From NCBI GenBank assembly GCA_963803975.1, contig CAWDOY010000008.1, forward strand, positions 1-64,000: a DNA stretch of 64,000 bases, given 5' to 3'. Source of the stretch: an uncultured delta proteobacterium. GTDB lineage: Bacteria; Desulfobacterota; WTBG01; CAIYCZ01. Under the pieces are notes generated by a model, which saw only the letters and a list, made by a program, of their open reading frames with translations, searched no databases and was not told the DNA's origin. Made by a program: the position numbers and the translations under genes. Positions within the stretch are counted from its first letter, which is position 1; each line of letters begins with the position of its first letter. Below are positions 50,448-61,838 of this stretch, piece by piece.

Positions 50448-50777
50448 TTATGGTGCAAACATTTCAGCAAGGACGGACAGCACTTCATCCTGCGTCTGCT
50501 TATCAATCCTGCCAAGTTTCTTAACAAGCCGCACCTTGTCTATCGTTCTGATCTGGTCGAGTACCACCTGACCATGCTTGCCCTTAAAAGCACAAGCTAC
50601 CCGTGTCGGATAATCACGGCCCTTTGTTGTCATAGGCGCAACAATAACCGTTGCAATAAAGCGGTTCATTTCATCCGGCGATATGACGAGACATGGCCGG
50701 GCCTTGCGAATTTCGCTGCCGATGGTCGGGTCCAGATTCACCAGGAAAACATCAAAACGTGCAGCTACCATTCCCAT
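50448..50777 (-). CDS. mazF: PemK/MazF toxin
   Basis: RFDVFLVNLDPTIGSEI.K.RPCLVISP, DQIRTIDK.RL. Confidence 0.93.
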   Translation of the reverse strand: MGMVAARFDVFLVNLDPTIGSEIRKARPCLVISPDEMNRFIATVIVAPMTTKGRDYPTRVACAFKGKHGQVVLDQIRTIDKVRLVKKLGRIDKQTQDEVLSVLAEMFAP

Positions 50778-51019
50778 TCTTCCTTTTCCCACCGGGTCTG
50801 AACATGGGTTGCGCTGTCAACCGGCTTATCATCTTTGTGCTGAGCCATGAGTTTGAACTTGTCTCCCCACCCATGTCGGGGGTGCCAAGCAGAGCGAATA
50901 ATGATTTGCTTATCTGACACTTCCAGCTCTACATCCTTTTCAAGACGACTTTGTTCGAGCAAAACTTTCGGGATGCGTATCCCTTGAGAGTTGCCTATTC
51001 TGATAATACTGGTCTTCAT
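50765..51019 (-). CDS. mazE: AbrB/MazE antitoxin
   Basis: IIRIGNSQGIRIPK, PR.GW, W..EEWEW; overlaps the toxin start. Confidence 0.92.
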   Translation of the reverse strand: MKTSIIRIGNSQGIRIPKVLLEQSRLEKDVELEVSDKQIIIRSAWHPRHGWGDKFKLMAQHKDDKPVDSATHVQTRWEKEEWEW

Positions 51020-51050
51020 GTTTAGTGTCCTCTGCAAAATTGCATGGATG

Positions 51051-51084
51051 ATTACATTGTAATTACATTAGTAATGTTCGTCAA
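51051..51084 (-). promoter_or_regulatory. mazEF promoter with overlapping operator palindromes
   Basis: TTGACG on minus; ATTACATTGTAAT and ATTACATTAGTAAT palindromes. Confidence 0.65.
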
Positions 51085-51330
51085 GCAGTTTTATGCTCTT
51101 AAGAATGGCTGCTGATGGAGGGTAATAAATAAAGGATCTTTCAACAGCGAGCGCTGTTGTTCACTTTGTTTTAATATGGGATGAAAGGCTTGATATAAAA
51201 AGCTGCCAATGGATTTTTATATAGTGGCCTTGTCCCCGCCCCCTTTCAGAATCTGTGTCCTGCATTACGAAATGTAAATATAATATTTGAGAGTTGAGAC
51301 CAACGCCTAAAAGAATCGTGGTAATTTTAC

Positions 51331-51384
51331 TTGACGGTCTTTGAATCTATGGGTATATATTCATATAGCTATTTAGCTATATGA
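51331..51384 (+). promoter_or_regulatory. ars promoter and ArsR/SmtB operator
   Basis: TTGACG-17 nt-TATATA followed by the perfect 11-2-11 inverted repeat TCATATAGCTA-TT-TAGCTATATGA. Confidence 0.8.
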
Positions 51385-51642
51385 TAGCAATTAATTTAAA
51401 ACAAACCACTGAGGACATTAAACGGTGCTCGCGACTCGGGGTTCGGGATTAGGGACTTGGGAAGTCGGGGACATACTTATTTCAGATTTTAAACACAGCA
51501 GTTTTTCTCTTTGTGCTATTGCCTGATGCCTGTTTCCTCTACTCATTACTCAGCACTCGACACTGCTTATAACGCTGTCAGCTAACAGCTTTTTTTTATT
51601 ATTTCTCCGTGCCCTCTGTGGTTCACCTTTTAGGAGTTTATT

Positions 51643-51990
51643 ATGAAAGAGATGGTCAAAGTATTCAAGGCAGTCGCGGACCCGAACCGCATCAGGATTT
51701 TGAAAATGCTGCAGCAGAAAAAAATGTGCGTGTGCGAGCTTTCCGCGGTGCTGGGGATAACCCAGCCGAGCGTCTCACGCCACCTGAGCATGCTGCGGGA
51801 TGCGGGTCTGGTGCGGGATGAGCGGGACGCCAGTGGATAAACTATGAGCTCTGCGAAGAGAAAAGTAAATCAGTATGCCCCGGTCATCATGGGCCATATC
51901 CGCAAATGGATAAACGAAGACCCGCGGATCAGCAGGGATGCTGGTATGTTAAAAACCCTTAACCGGGAAAAGCTCTGCAAAAAAATATAA
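51643..51990 (+). CDS. arsR: ArsR/SmtB repressor (frameshifted)
   Basis: FKAVADPNR.RIL, MCVCEL, QPSVSRHL..LR.AGLV; C-terminus ...NREKLCKKI* in another frame. Confidence 0.9.
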
Positions 51991-52220
51991 TTTCAAATTG
52001 AATCTGGAAATCAGGAACTCCAAAGACAAACAAAATTTCCTGATTTCACGAGTTACAGATTTCTATCTTTTCATCCCGGATAAGCTGGACACAAACCTGA
52101 CCGCAAAAAAATAATAAGACTCAAAGACGAATGAATCCAAAAGCCAGTAACTCATAAATGGCAAACCAAATATTTTCCTGATTTCTTGAGTTCCAGATAA
52201 TATCACAGGAGGGACTTATT

Positions 52221-53309
52221 ATGACTGCATCAGTTGCAAAAAGGCTATCGTTTCTGGACCGGTTTTTAACCCTGTGGATTTTTCTTGCCATGTTCATCGG
52301 CGTTGGCTGGGGCTACCTGTTTCCAGGGGTTGTCAATTTCTGGAATCAGTTTCAGGTTGGCACAACCAACATCCCGATCGCCATCGGCCTTATCCTCATG
52401 ATGTACCCGCCCCTTGCAAAAGTAAAATATGAGGAGCTTGGAGAAGTGTTCAGAAATTACAGGGTGCTGGGGCTTTCTCTCGTTCAGAACTGGGTCATCG
52501 GCCCGATATTAATGTTCATTCTGGCAATACTTTTTCTCAGCGGTTATCCCGCCTACATGCAGGGCTTAATTATGATCGGCCTTGCCCGCTGTATTGCCAT
52601 GGTCATTGTCTGGAATGACCTTGCCAAAGGCGACACCGAATACTGCGCTGGACTGGTTGCTTTCAACTCCATCTTCCAGGTTCTTTTCTTTTCTGTGTAT
52701 GCATATATCTTTATCACAGTGCTCCCTCCCCTGCTTGGGCTTAAAGGAACTGAAGTCAATATCACCATCGGCCAGATTGCTGAAAGCGTTTTCATTTATC
52801 TGGGCATACCATTTATTGCCGGAGTAATTACCCGCTTCGTGCTTATCAATGTAAAGGACAAGAAATGGTATCATGAAAAGTTTATCCCGAAAATCAGTCC
52901 CATTACCCTTATTGCCCTGCTGTTCACCATACTGGTCATGTTCTCTCTCAAGGGCGAATACATTGTAAAGATTCCCTTTGATGTTGTCCGCATTGCCATA
53001 CCGCTGCTTATTTATTTTGTCATCATGTTCCTGGTGTCCTTCTATATGAGCAAAAAGGTTGGTGCCACCTATGCCCAGAGCGCGACCCTTTCCTTTACCG
53101 CTGCCAGCAACAATTTTGAGCTGGCCATTGCCGTGGCAGTTGCCGTGTTCGGCATCAACTCAGGCCAGGCATTTGCCGCAGTCATCGGTCCTCTGGTAGA
53201 AGTGCCGGTGCTCATAGGCCTGGTAAATGTGGCTCTCAGGTTTAAAGCAAAATATTTCCCATTGGCAGCAGAAACACCCGCTGGGGTCTGTCAAATTGAC
53301 TGTAAATAG
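52221..53309 (+). CDS. acr3: Acr3 arsenite efflux transporter
   Basis: [43 protein letters not shown]. Confidence 0.95.
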   Translation: MTASVAKRLSFLDRFLTLWIFLAMFIGVGWGYLFPGVVNFWNQFQVGTTNIPIAIGLILMMYPPLAKVKYEELGEVFRNYRVLGLSLVQNWVIGPILMFILAILFLSGYPAYMQGLIMIGLARCIAMVIVWNDLAKGDTEYCAGLVAFNSIFQVLFFSVYAYIFITVLPPLLGLKGTEVNITIGQIAESVFIYLGIPFIAGVITRFVLINVKDKKWYHEKFIPKISPITLIALLFTILVMFSLKGEYIVKIPFDVVRIAIPLLIYFVIMFLVSFYMSKKVGATYAQSATLSFTAASNNFELAIAVAVAVFGINSGQAFAAVIGPLVEVPVLIGLVNVALRFKAKYFPLAAETPAGVCQIDCK

Positions 53310-53459
53310 CTTTTAATGAGCCGGCGCTTTCTTGTGCAAAGGCAATTCTAACATGAAAGCGACTTCAGAGGCTGTTATTTCAAGGAAAACTGATCACGAC
53401 AAAAGAAGACTACTACTCAAAAAGAATTGGAGGCAGACAATGCATAGGAAGCATAGCCA

Positions 53460-54227
53460 GTGGAAGTTAATGTGTCGCGAAGGAAATGTCTTGGTGCCGG
53501 TCTGGCCATTGTAACTGCGGCAGCAGGAGCGGTCGGATGCAGCATGCTGCAGAAGTCTAAACCATCCGCTTCAGCCGCTGCAATTCCGTGGCCCTATGCG
53601 GAGTTTGATGTCGAGGCTGTGCGCAGGCGCGGATATGAGTACAAATATGAAAAGGCCTGTATGTACGGCGTAGCAAAAGCAATTGCAGTTACCGCAGCAG
53701 AACAGAACCCGTATCCGTGGAGCACCTTACCGCTTGATGCCTTTTCCTATGGCCGGGGCGGAGCTTACTCATGGGGCACTTTATGTGGTGCGCTTAACGG
53801 CGGTCTGCTGGTGCTGACACTGGCCCTCGGAGACTGTCCCCAGGCTGCAGATGACCTGATGACATGGTATATGAAGACGCCGCTTCCCTCTCTGAAGCAC
53901 GAGCAATACTGCCGATTCCGCAGTCAGCCGCTGGTAGTTCCGGGATCGCCGCTGTGTCATCAGTCTGTTGGCGCGTGGATAAAAACATCGGGAAAAGGCG
54001 TACATACTCCTGAACGTATCGAGCGTTGCGCAAAACTGTCGGGCGATACGGCGGCGTATGTGGCGGAAATCCTTAACCGTGCCCGTCGTGGGGGATATAA
54101 GCCGGCAGCGCTTCCCCCTGACCCTGTAAACGACTGTCTGGGATGTCATTTCGGCCCCAAGACAGACAGGGATGATACCATCTCCAAAATGCAGTGCCTC
54201 GATTGCCATGAGGATCATCGGACGTAA
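53460..54227 (+). CDS. split-Soret cytochrome c-like (C-GCAxxG-C-C family) exported diheme protein
   Basis: SRRK Tat-like signal, ACMYG, WGTLCGALNG, LCHQS, ERCAKL, C-terminal CLGCH and CLDCH. Confidence 0.8.
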   Translation: MEVNVSRRKCLGAGLAIVTAAAGAVGCSMLQKSKPSASAAAIPWPYAEFDVEAVRRRGYEYKYEKACMYGVAKAIAVTAAEQNPYPWSTLPLDAFSYGRGGAYSWGTLCGALNGGLLVLTLALGDCPQAADDLMTWYMKTPLPSLKHEQYCRFRSQPLVVPGSPLCHQSVGAWIKTSGKGVHTPERIERCAKLSGDTAAYVAEILNRARRGGYKPAALPPDPVNDCLGCHFGPKTDRDDTISKMQCLDCHEDHRT

Positions 54228-54300
54228 ACGTTTTTCATATGTCTGTCTAAACAGTTGCTCGTTTTCAACTTTTAAAACACTCTTTTAAAGGAAAATACCA

Positions 54301-55119
54301 ATGGACAGCAAAGACAAAATCAAAGACATCGTTAAAGAAAAATACGCTGAGATTGCGAAGAAATCTGACGCGGGTTCTTCATGCCCCTGCTGCTGCTCGG
54401 GCGGCCCGGCAGAAGATATCTACACAACGTTCAGCCCGGACTACTCAAAGAAAGACGGCTACGTTAAGGATGCCGACCTGGGGCTGGGCTGCGGGATACC
54501 GACAGACACCGTACATATAAAGCCGGGAGAAACGGTTATCGACCTTGGATCGGGCGCAGGAAATGATGTCTTTATCGCGCAAAGACTTGTCGGCAAAACC
54601 GGCAAAGTCATTGGCATTGATATGACGGAAGCCATGATTGAGAAAGCACAACAGAATGCTGACAAGCTTGGCTATGAAAACGTTGAGTTCAGGCTTGGCG
54701 ATATAGAACAACTGCCGGTTGATGATAATACCGCAGATGTCGTTGTCAGCAACTGTGTCATAAACCTGGTGCCTGATAAACTCAAAGCATTTCAGGAAAT
54801 TAATCGCGTGTTGAAACCTGGCGGGCGATTCGGTATTTCAGATATCGTAATCAACGGAAAGCTGCCTGCAAAAATACAATCTGCAGCAGAGATGTATGCG
54901 GGCTGTGTGGCCGGGGCGCTCAACAAAGACGCGTACATGCGCATTGTTGCCGAAGCAGGATTTGTGAGCGTTTCCATAACAAAAGAAAAAGTGTATGCCA
55001 TGCCGGATGCTATTTTATTAAAGTATCTCTCGCAGGATGAATTAAACGACTATAAGCAATCAGGAGTGCAGGTTTTATCCATCACCGTGTACGGTGAAAA
55101 ACCGTGCTCAGATGCATAG
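54301..55119 (+). CDS. arsM: arsenite S-adenosylmethionine methyltransferase
   Basis: V.EKY..IA, CPCCC, GLGCG.P, DLGSGAG.D, SNCVINL.PDK, YAGCVAGA. Confidence 0.93.
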   Translation: MDSKDKIKDIVKEKYAEIAKKSDAGSSCPCCCSGGPAEDIYTTFSPDYSKKDGYVKDADLGLGCGIPTDTVHIKPGETVIDLGSGAGNDVFIAQRLVGKTGKVIGIDMTEAMIEKAQQNADKLGYENVEFRLGDIEQLPVDDNTADVVVSNCVINLVPDKLKAFQEINRVLKPGGRFGISDIVINGKLPAKIQSAAEMYAGCVAGALNKDAYMRIVAEAGFVSVSITKEKVYAMPDAILLKYLSQDELNDYKQSGVQVLSITVYGEKPCSDA

Positions 55120-55186
55120 TGTAATGAATAGCATCCTGGATACAGAGTCGTCACAACACCGATACAGAACATTCTGAAGAGGCGCT

Positions 55187-55625
55187 ATGAAGAAAAAAAT
55201 TCTCTTTCTCTGCACCGGAAACTCTGCCCGCAGCCAGATGGCGGAAGGGCTGATGCGCCATTTTCGCGGAGATGAATTTGATGTCTTCTCCGCCGGGGTG
55301 GAGCCTAAAGGGGTCCATCCACAAGCCATCGAGGCCATGCGGGAAATCGGCAGTGGATATCTCCCGGCAGCAATCAAAGCACGTGGATGACTTGCCAATA
55401 AAAGAATTTGATTACATTATAACGCTCTGTGACCACGCGGCGCAGAACTGCCCGGTGTTTTTGGGTAAAGGCGTGCGGCTTCATCACGGCTTTTCTGATC
55501 CGGCAGCAGTGCAGGGCAAAGAGCAGAACGTGTTGGAAGCATTCAGAAAAGTCCGCGATGAACTGAAACAGTTTATCCTCGCAGGTTTGATACTGACTGA
55601 ACAGTATGGAATACGCACAGGATAA
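55187..55625 (+). CDS. arsC: thioredoxin-type arsenate reductase (LMW-PTP fold), frameshifted
   Basis: [39 protein letters not shown]. Confidence 0.9.
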
Positions 55626-56643
55626 GTTCGAGAAATTGTGGCTGCCCATAGGGATTTTGACCCTGGCGCTGTGGCTGACGGTTTATCTGAACCTGCAGCG
55701 CTTTGCAGAGTGGTTTGCCTACCAGTGTTTGCCGTTTGACCCGCAGTCCCGATCTGGGATCAGCAGTTGGATTTTTTATTTATGAAGCTCCCAAAGTATT
55801 GATGCTCCTCTTGCTGGTGGTGTTTGGCGTCGGCATTGTCCGCTCGTTTTTCACGCCGGAGAAAACCCGGGCACTGCTTGCGGGCCGCCGGGAATCGGCC
55901 GGCTCTGTTCTGGCAGCTTTGCTCGGGGTGGTCACGCCGTTCTGCTCGTGCTCGGCAGTGCCGCTCTTCATCGGTTTTGTGACCTCAGGGGTACCGCTCG
56001 GAGTGACCTTCTCTTTTCTGGTGTCGGCACCCATGGTCAATGAAATTGCCCTCGTGCTGCTTTTTGGCCTGTTCGGGTGGAAGATCGCACTGCTGTACAT
56101 GGTCACCGGACTTGCCATTGCCATGGTATCAGGGCTGGTATCGGCAAGCTTGGAATGGAAAAATACATAGAGGACTGGGTGAATGCAGCCCGACCGGTTC
56201 AGTCCGCATGCGTGTCAGAGTCGTACAGCCTGCAGGAGCGGATCAGCTTCGGGCTTGATGCGGTGCGCGACATTGTGGGCAAGGTCTGGCCCTATGTGCT
56301 TGCGGGCATTGCCGTGGGTGCGGGAATTCACGGCTATGTGCCGGAAAATTTCATGGCATCCATTATGGGCAAAAGTGCCTGGTGGAGTGTGCCCGTGGCA
56401 GTGCTGATCGGCATCCCCATGTACTCAAACGCTGCGGGAATTATCCCGGTGGTGCAGGCACTGCTGGAAAAAGGGGCGGCCCTGGGAACCGTGCTCGCGT
56501 TTATGATGGCGGTCATTGGCCTGTCTTTGCCTGAAACAATCATACTGCGAAAGGTGCTTAAGATACCGCTCATCATAACCTTCATCAGCGTTGTGGGCTG
56601 CGGCATTCTTATCGTGGGGTACTTGTTTAATATAATTTTTTAA
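55606..56643 (+). CDS. arsP: ArsP/DUF318 permease (three pieces)
   Basis: TPFCSCSAVP, SAPMVNE, HGYVP, GIPMYSNAAG, LSLPE. Confidence 0.88.
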
Positions 56644-56644
56644 G

Positions 56645-56824
56645 ATGCGGCTTAATGTTCAGTGCGAATCATGCCACGGCCCCGGCAGCAACCACAAAGA
56701 AAAAGGCACTATATTGCGCACTGTCGGACCGGAAGTGTGTGTAAGTTGTCATGCTGAACAACACAGCCCCCGGTTTGATTATAAGGAATATGTTCCTTTA
56801 ATAACCTGTCCATCAGGCCATTGA
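56645..56824 (+). pseudogene. C-terminal fragment of a cytochrome c554-like multiheme protein (59 aa), not in the ORF track
   Basis: NVQCESCHGPGSNH...VCVSCHAEQHSPRFDY; no signal peptide or clear RBS. Confidence 0.7.
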
Positions 56825-56842
56825 TGAAGAAAGGGAGATGCT

Positions 56843-57142
56843 ATGAAAACAATCGAAATTTATGAGCCGCCGCTCTGCTGTCCAACTGGCGTCTGCGGAC
56901 CAGCGCCCGACCCTGCGCTTGTTGCGCTGCAGGACACAATCCTGAAACTGAAAAAGGACGGATGCGTCGTGGAACGGATCGCCATAAACCAGCAGCCCGT
57001 GAGATTTATGGACAACCAGCTGGTAAAAGACATCATCACTGCGGAGGGGAAGGAGTCTTTGCCCATTACCTTGGTTGACGGCAAGCCGATGATGAAAGGG
57101 CGCTATCCAACCTATGAAGAATTGGTCAAGGAGGTGATGTAA
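56843..57142 (+). CDS. arsD: arsenite metallochaperone
   Basis: IEIYEPPLCCPTGVCGP..DP.L, LPITLVDG, GRYPT. Confidence 0.92.
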   Translation: MKTIEIYEPPLCCPTGVCGPAPDPALVALQDTILKLKKDGCVVERIAINQQPVRFMDNQLVKDIITAEGKESLPITLVDGKPMMKGRYPTYEELVKEVM

Positions 57143-57355
57143 ATGCCAACCTATGAATATACCTGTCAGCAGTGTAATACGGTTTTTGAGAAAAAGATGA
57201 CCGTGAAGGAGAAAAGCAACGCGACGATAACATGCCCTGCGTGCAACGCTGAAGATGTGCGCCAGATATTTTTTGGTGTGGGCCTCACCGGCAAAAAAAC
57301 CGGCGGCGAGGATGTCTCGGAGGGTTGCTGCGGGGGCAGGCAATCATGCTGCTAA
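57143..57355 (+). CDS. FmdB-family zinc ribbon protein
   Basis: MPTYEYTCQQC, CPAC, C-terminal CC..CC. Confidence 0.85.
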   Translation: MPTYEYTCQQCNTVFEKKMTVKEKSNATITCPACNAEDVRQIFFGVGLTGKKTGGEDVSEGCCGGRQSCC

Positions 57356-57377
57356 CTAATCCGCATGTTTCATATGC

Positions 57378-57635
57378 ATGCGTGACACGAGGAGCTATAC
57401 AGCAGTGCCGCTTGACGAGAAAACACGAGAACTGATAGCAGTCGGCGCCGCCATAGCGGGGAACTGTCTGCCGTGTCTTACCTATCATTTTAAGAAATGC
57501 AGAGAGCTTGGAATTTCTGTTGATGACATAGACGAAGCGATAGAAACGGCAAAAACAGTAAAAGAAGTGCCGATTAAAAAAATATACGAACTGGCGTGTA
57601 CATTACTGGAAAAGGAACAAAGAAGCGATGAGTAG
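57378..57635 (+). CDS. carboxymuconolactone decarboxylase/AhpD-like protein
   Basis: LDEKTRELIAVGAAIAGNCLPCL.YH. Confidence 0.82.
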   Translation: MRDTRSYTAVPLDEKTRELIAVGAAIAGNCLPCLTYHFKKCRELGISVDDIDEAIETAKTVKEVPIKKIYELACTLLEKEQRSDE

Positions 57636-59013
57636 TTATATATTTTTCACCGGGAGGGCGGCGCAACCTGGGGGATTTTGAAAAACAAATAACGCCCGAT
57701 CTTTTCGATGCATCGCGGCCATGCGGGACAGCTCCAGGACCGAATTTTATCTTGTTTTGAAGCCGGAAAAGACTTCATTGGCTGAGACGCTGCGCGCCCG
57801 AGACGAATTAAGCGGACTGGGTATCGGAAATTTTCGCATTACAGTAAATGGACTATTCCGGGAAGACGAAATCACGCGCAGCCGATACACCAACCTTGCC
57901 AAGCTGCAGGCGCGGTATCTTGCGTCGATTGAAGAATCCCTGCCGTATCCGACGAATAAAGTGTATCTCCAGAGCGGTGAAATCAGGGGGCTTCAAACCA
58001 TTAAGGATTTTTCTAAGATTGTGTTTGAGGGGAATGGGAAAGCTATCGCCGCACATGCATACGGTTCGGCAACCTATGATAATTTTTCAGACGGCGACAG
58101 CCTGGCAAATATTATCAGCAAAAAACGAGACACCAGAATAGTAATAATAGCCGGTAAAGGCGGGGTAGGAAAAACCGTCACTGCCTGCGCATTTGCTGCG
58201 TACTTTGCCGGCAACCGCCAGAAAACACTTCTCGTCACAACCGACCCGGCAGCTCACATCGGACATGTGCTTGATGAGCCGATTGCGGATACGATTGCGC
58301 CGACAAAGTCACTGCCCACACTCTGGGCTGTGCGCATCGATCAGAAGAAATCGGTTGAAACCTATAAGCAGAAGATCATTGGTGATGCAATGCAAAACGG
58401 CTACTCCGATGACATGCTCCTTGCGCTGAAGGAGGAGCTGGAGTCACCCTGCACAGAGGAAATGGCTGTTTTTGAGGAATTTTCCCGTCTTGTTAACACA
58501 AACGATTTCGACTATATCGTTTTTGACACAGCGCCGACCGGACATACCCTGCGGCTTCTTGAGCTGCCCTATGATTACGCCCGCCAGGTGGAAATGATGG
58601 TATCCATAAAAAAAGACGGGTCTTTTGCGGATGAAGCAAAAAAGAAGCTTAAAAAACTTGTCAATACGTTGAAGGATACTGATTACTGCACGTTCATGCT
58701 GGTAGTCTATCCCGAGTATACACCAATTCATGAGGCAAAGCGTATGCTGGATGATTTGCATAGTGCGGGCATCACTGTTCAGGCGGTTATTGCCAATACC
58801 GTACTCGATGGCGGTGGCGCCTCCTCGGACTTTTTCCGCAGGAGATACGGCATGCAGCAGCATTATCTCGGAATCGCGGACAAGCTGTTTAACCTTCCCC
58901 TTTTTAAAATCACTATGTTCGATGGTGAAATCATCGGCCTTCCCATGCTGAAACAGGTTGCCGAGAGCTTATTCCAAAAGGAATGCTGCCCTTTGGGACT
59001 GGCGGCAAACTAA
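57628..59013 (+). pseudogene. arsA: arsenical pump-driving ATPase with most of the first NBD missing
   Basis: Begins MSSYIFFTG at 57628 then breaks; ORF 57721-59013 has the end of A1 and a full A2 domain (GKGGVGKT, TTDPAAH, SPCTEE, DTAPTGHT). Confidence 0.8.
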
Positions 59014-59125
59014 ACCCTGCGTCATTATATCCTTGATGCAGTCATTATAACGGTGAAAGCTTTGACCGGCGAAACGGTTTCATCGGTCAAACAAAAAACA
59101 ACTCAACTAACGATGGAGGTGCAAT

Positions 59126-59919
59126 GTGAAAAAGTTTTTATTCTACGCAGTTCTTGGGACGCTCATGTTTTTTAACTGCCGCTATGCTCTGGCTTCGGTG
59201 CAAACCGATATCGAACAGGCAAATAAAACCGGTAAAGCAGTCTTTCTGGTTGTGACTGAACCGGGAGTAAAGGAGACCGGGCAGGCTCTGGACATTGCCA
59301 AAGAAGCCCAAAAATTGGCTCCCGCAATCAACCGTGCTTGAGATGAACCGGGCTGATACGGCTAACAGCCAGTTTGTTGCAAAGTATGGACTGGCAGGGG
59401 CTCCGGTGCCGTTGATTCTTTTGATAGCCTCTAATGGTGTGGTTGCCGGAGGAATGCCGGCCGAAAAGGCACAGCCCTGATATGCTGGTTAAAATGATTC
59501 CATCTCCCGGCAAGGCAGAAATTGTCAAGGCCCTGTCTGAAGGCAAAGCTGTTTTTGTTATTGCAAGCCGCAACTCCATGGGAGATCGTTTTAAAGTTTT
59601 GGAAACCTGCAAAAACGCTTCCAAAGAGCTGAAGGATAAGGCGGTTTCTGTAACACTTGATATGGACGACAAAAAGGAAAGCTCCTTTCTGCAACAATTA
59701 CGGGTTAACATGGATTCCACGGAGCCCGCAACCCTGGTTGTTAATTCTCAGGGGCAGGTTACGGGAAATTTTACCGGTCCGGTCGAGGTGGCAAAACTGA
59801 CGAAGGCTGCTACCACCGTAGCACGTAGGCGGCTGCGGCCCGGCGCGGTGGCTGCGGCCCCAGCAACAAAGGCTGCGCTGTTCCCCCTGCTCGCTAAAGG
59901 AGAAAATGAATATGAATAA
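59126..59919 (+). CDS. secreted hypothetical protein with two thioredoxin-like repeats (three pieces)
   Basis: Signal peptide, two GKAVF-initiated repeats, Gly/Cys-rich tail in a shifted frame; RBS GGAGG. Confidence 0.6.
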
Positions 59920-61134
59920 ATACAGCCTGGTGTGGCAGGAACTGCTGCACCGGAAATCACAGTTGGTGTCAGGGCTTTTGGCCATTACTCTCGGCATTGC
60001 GGTTATTGTGGGTATCCGTTCCGTGGCGGTGTTTTCTGAAAAGGCCGTAGCGATCAAGCTTGATAATCTCGGTGCCAATATTCTGGTGCTGCCCCAGGGC
60101 GCCGGGGTGGATGACTACTACAGCGCTGACATAGACGCTCCCACCTTCCCTGAAAATTATGTGGAGCGGATTACCGCATCAACGCTTCCGGGGGTTGATA
60201 ACCTGTCGCCAAAGCTGACGCGGCGCGTGAAGATCGGCAAGCATGCAATCGTGCTGACCGGCATTCTGCCCGCAGGCGAGATAGCCTCAAAACCGATTTG
60301 GCAGACAGCCGGTCTGGTAGGCGCAGACGTGCAGGCCAGCTGCGCTCCAACAAATCCCGGTCAACCAGTCGCAGGGGTTAAAGGATGATCGGCTCCAGCG
60401 AAAAGCTATTGATGCTTTGGGCCAGAATGACTGCTTTGTTGGTAATGCAGCAGCTCAGCGCTTAGGGCTTGCAGAGGGCGGCACGGTGACTATTGAAAAA
60501 AAGGAGTTCCGTGTTGCCCGGGTGCTTCCCGAAACCGGCACTGTTGATGACGACCGTATTTTTGCGCACCTGCATACCGTTCAGACCCTTTTGGGGACGG
60601 GCAGTCAAATAAGCGCTATCGAGATAATGGGGTGCTGCAACGCGATTTCTGACGGGTTGCTGGGCAAGCTGCGCAATGTTCTTCCCGATACCCGCATTAC
60701 CACCATCGGGCAGATTGTTTCCACGCAGATTGAGACCAATCGCTTAATGAACAAGATATCGTTTATTTTTCTCATTATCATTCTTGTTGTCGGCGGCATT
60801 TCAATCGGCAACTTTATGTGGGCCAATGTCAATGAACGGCGCAGGGAGCTGGGATTCTGCTGATGATCGGCGCTTCCAAAAGAAGCATTTATACCATGCT
60901 TCTTTTAAAAGCCACTGTTCTGGGATTGTTCGGCGGTGTGCTTGGGATATGTGATTGGCACCGTAAGCGGAATGATACTGGGTCCGCAGCTGGCGGGAAT
61001 TGTGGTGCAGCCGGTTCCGGTTCTTAATTATCTGGTCAATTGTCTTGTCTGTTATCATTGCTGTTGCGGGTTCGTTTATCCCTGCATACATGGCGGCAAA
61101 GCTTGATCCATTCACCATAATGCAGGAGTTATAA
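59906..61134 (+). CDS. MacB/FtsX-family ABC permease (several frameshifts)
   Basis: AITLGIA, LGANILV.P, NVNERRRELG, ...PAYMAAKLDP. Confidence 0.8.
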
Positions 61135-61135
61135 T

Positions 61136-61838
61136 ATGCTGTTGCGGGTTGAAAATCTTTCAAAGCAATATAACCACCACACCGACGGGCTGGTTGATGC
61201 TCTCAAGGATGTTACTTTCACCATAGAAAAGGGCATGTTTGTTACCATAACCGGGCCTTCGGGTGCGGGGAAATCAACATTGCTGCTCATGCTGGGAGGA
61301 CTTGTTCACCCGTCTGCAGGGCAGGTTGTTTTTAACGACCAGCCATTATATTCCTTAACCCATGATGGTTTGGCCGGGTTTCGCCGCACACACGTCGGTT
61401 TTGTAATGCAGAATTTCGGACTCATCCCCTACCTCTCGGCGCTGCGAAATGTCATGACCCCCCTGTCCCTCCAAAACATGGATGCGGATGCTCAAAAGAC
61501 AGCGCGCAAGTGACCTTTTGGAAAGCGTGGGGCTTAAAGATCGCACAAATCATTTTCCGCGGGAATTATCAGCCGGTCAACAGCAGCGGGTGGCAATTGC
61601 CAGGGCGATGGCAAACAACCCCTCAATGATACTTGCTGATGAACCCACGGGAAACCTTGACCCCGCACTTGCGCATGAAATCCTTGATCTGCTCAAGACC
61701 CTCAATACTGAGAAGGGAATTACGGTCATTATGGTCACCCATAGCCCTCAGGCAGCAGATTACGGAACATTGAGAATACACCTGAAGGAAGGGAAGCTTG
61801 TTCCAGGTAATAATATCTCGGAGTCATATCATGCTTGA
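61136..61838 (+). CDS. LolD/MacB-type ABC ATPase (frameshift near 61495)
   Basis: GPSGAGKST, LSAGQQQRVAIARA, ADEPTGNLD, VTHS. Confidence 0.9.
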
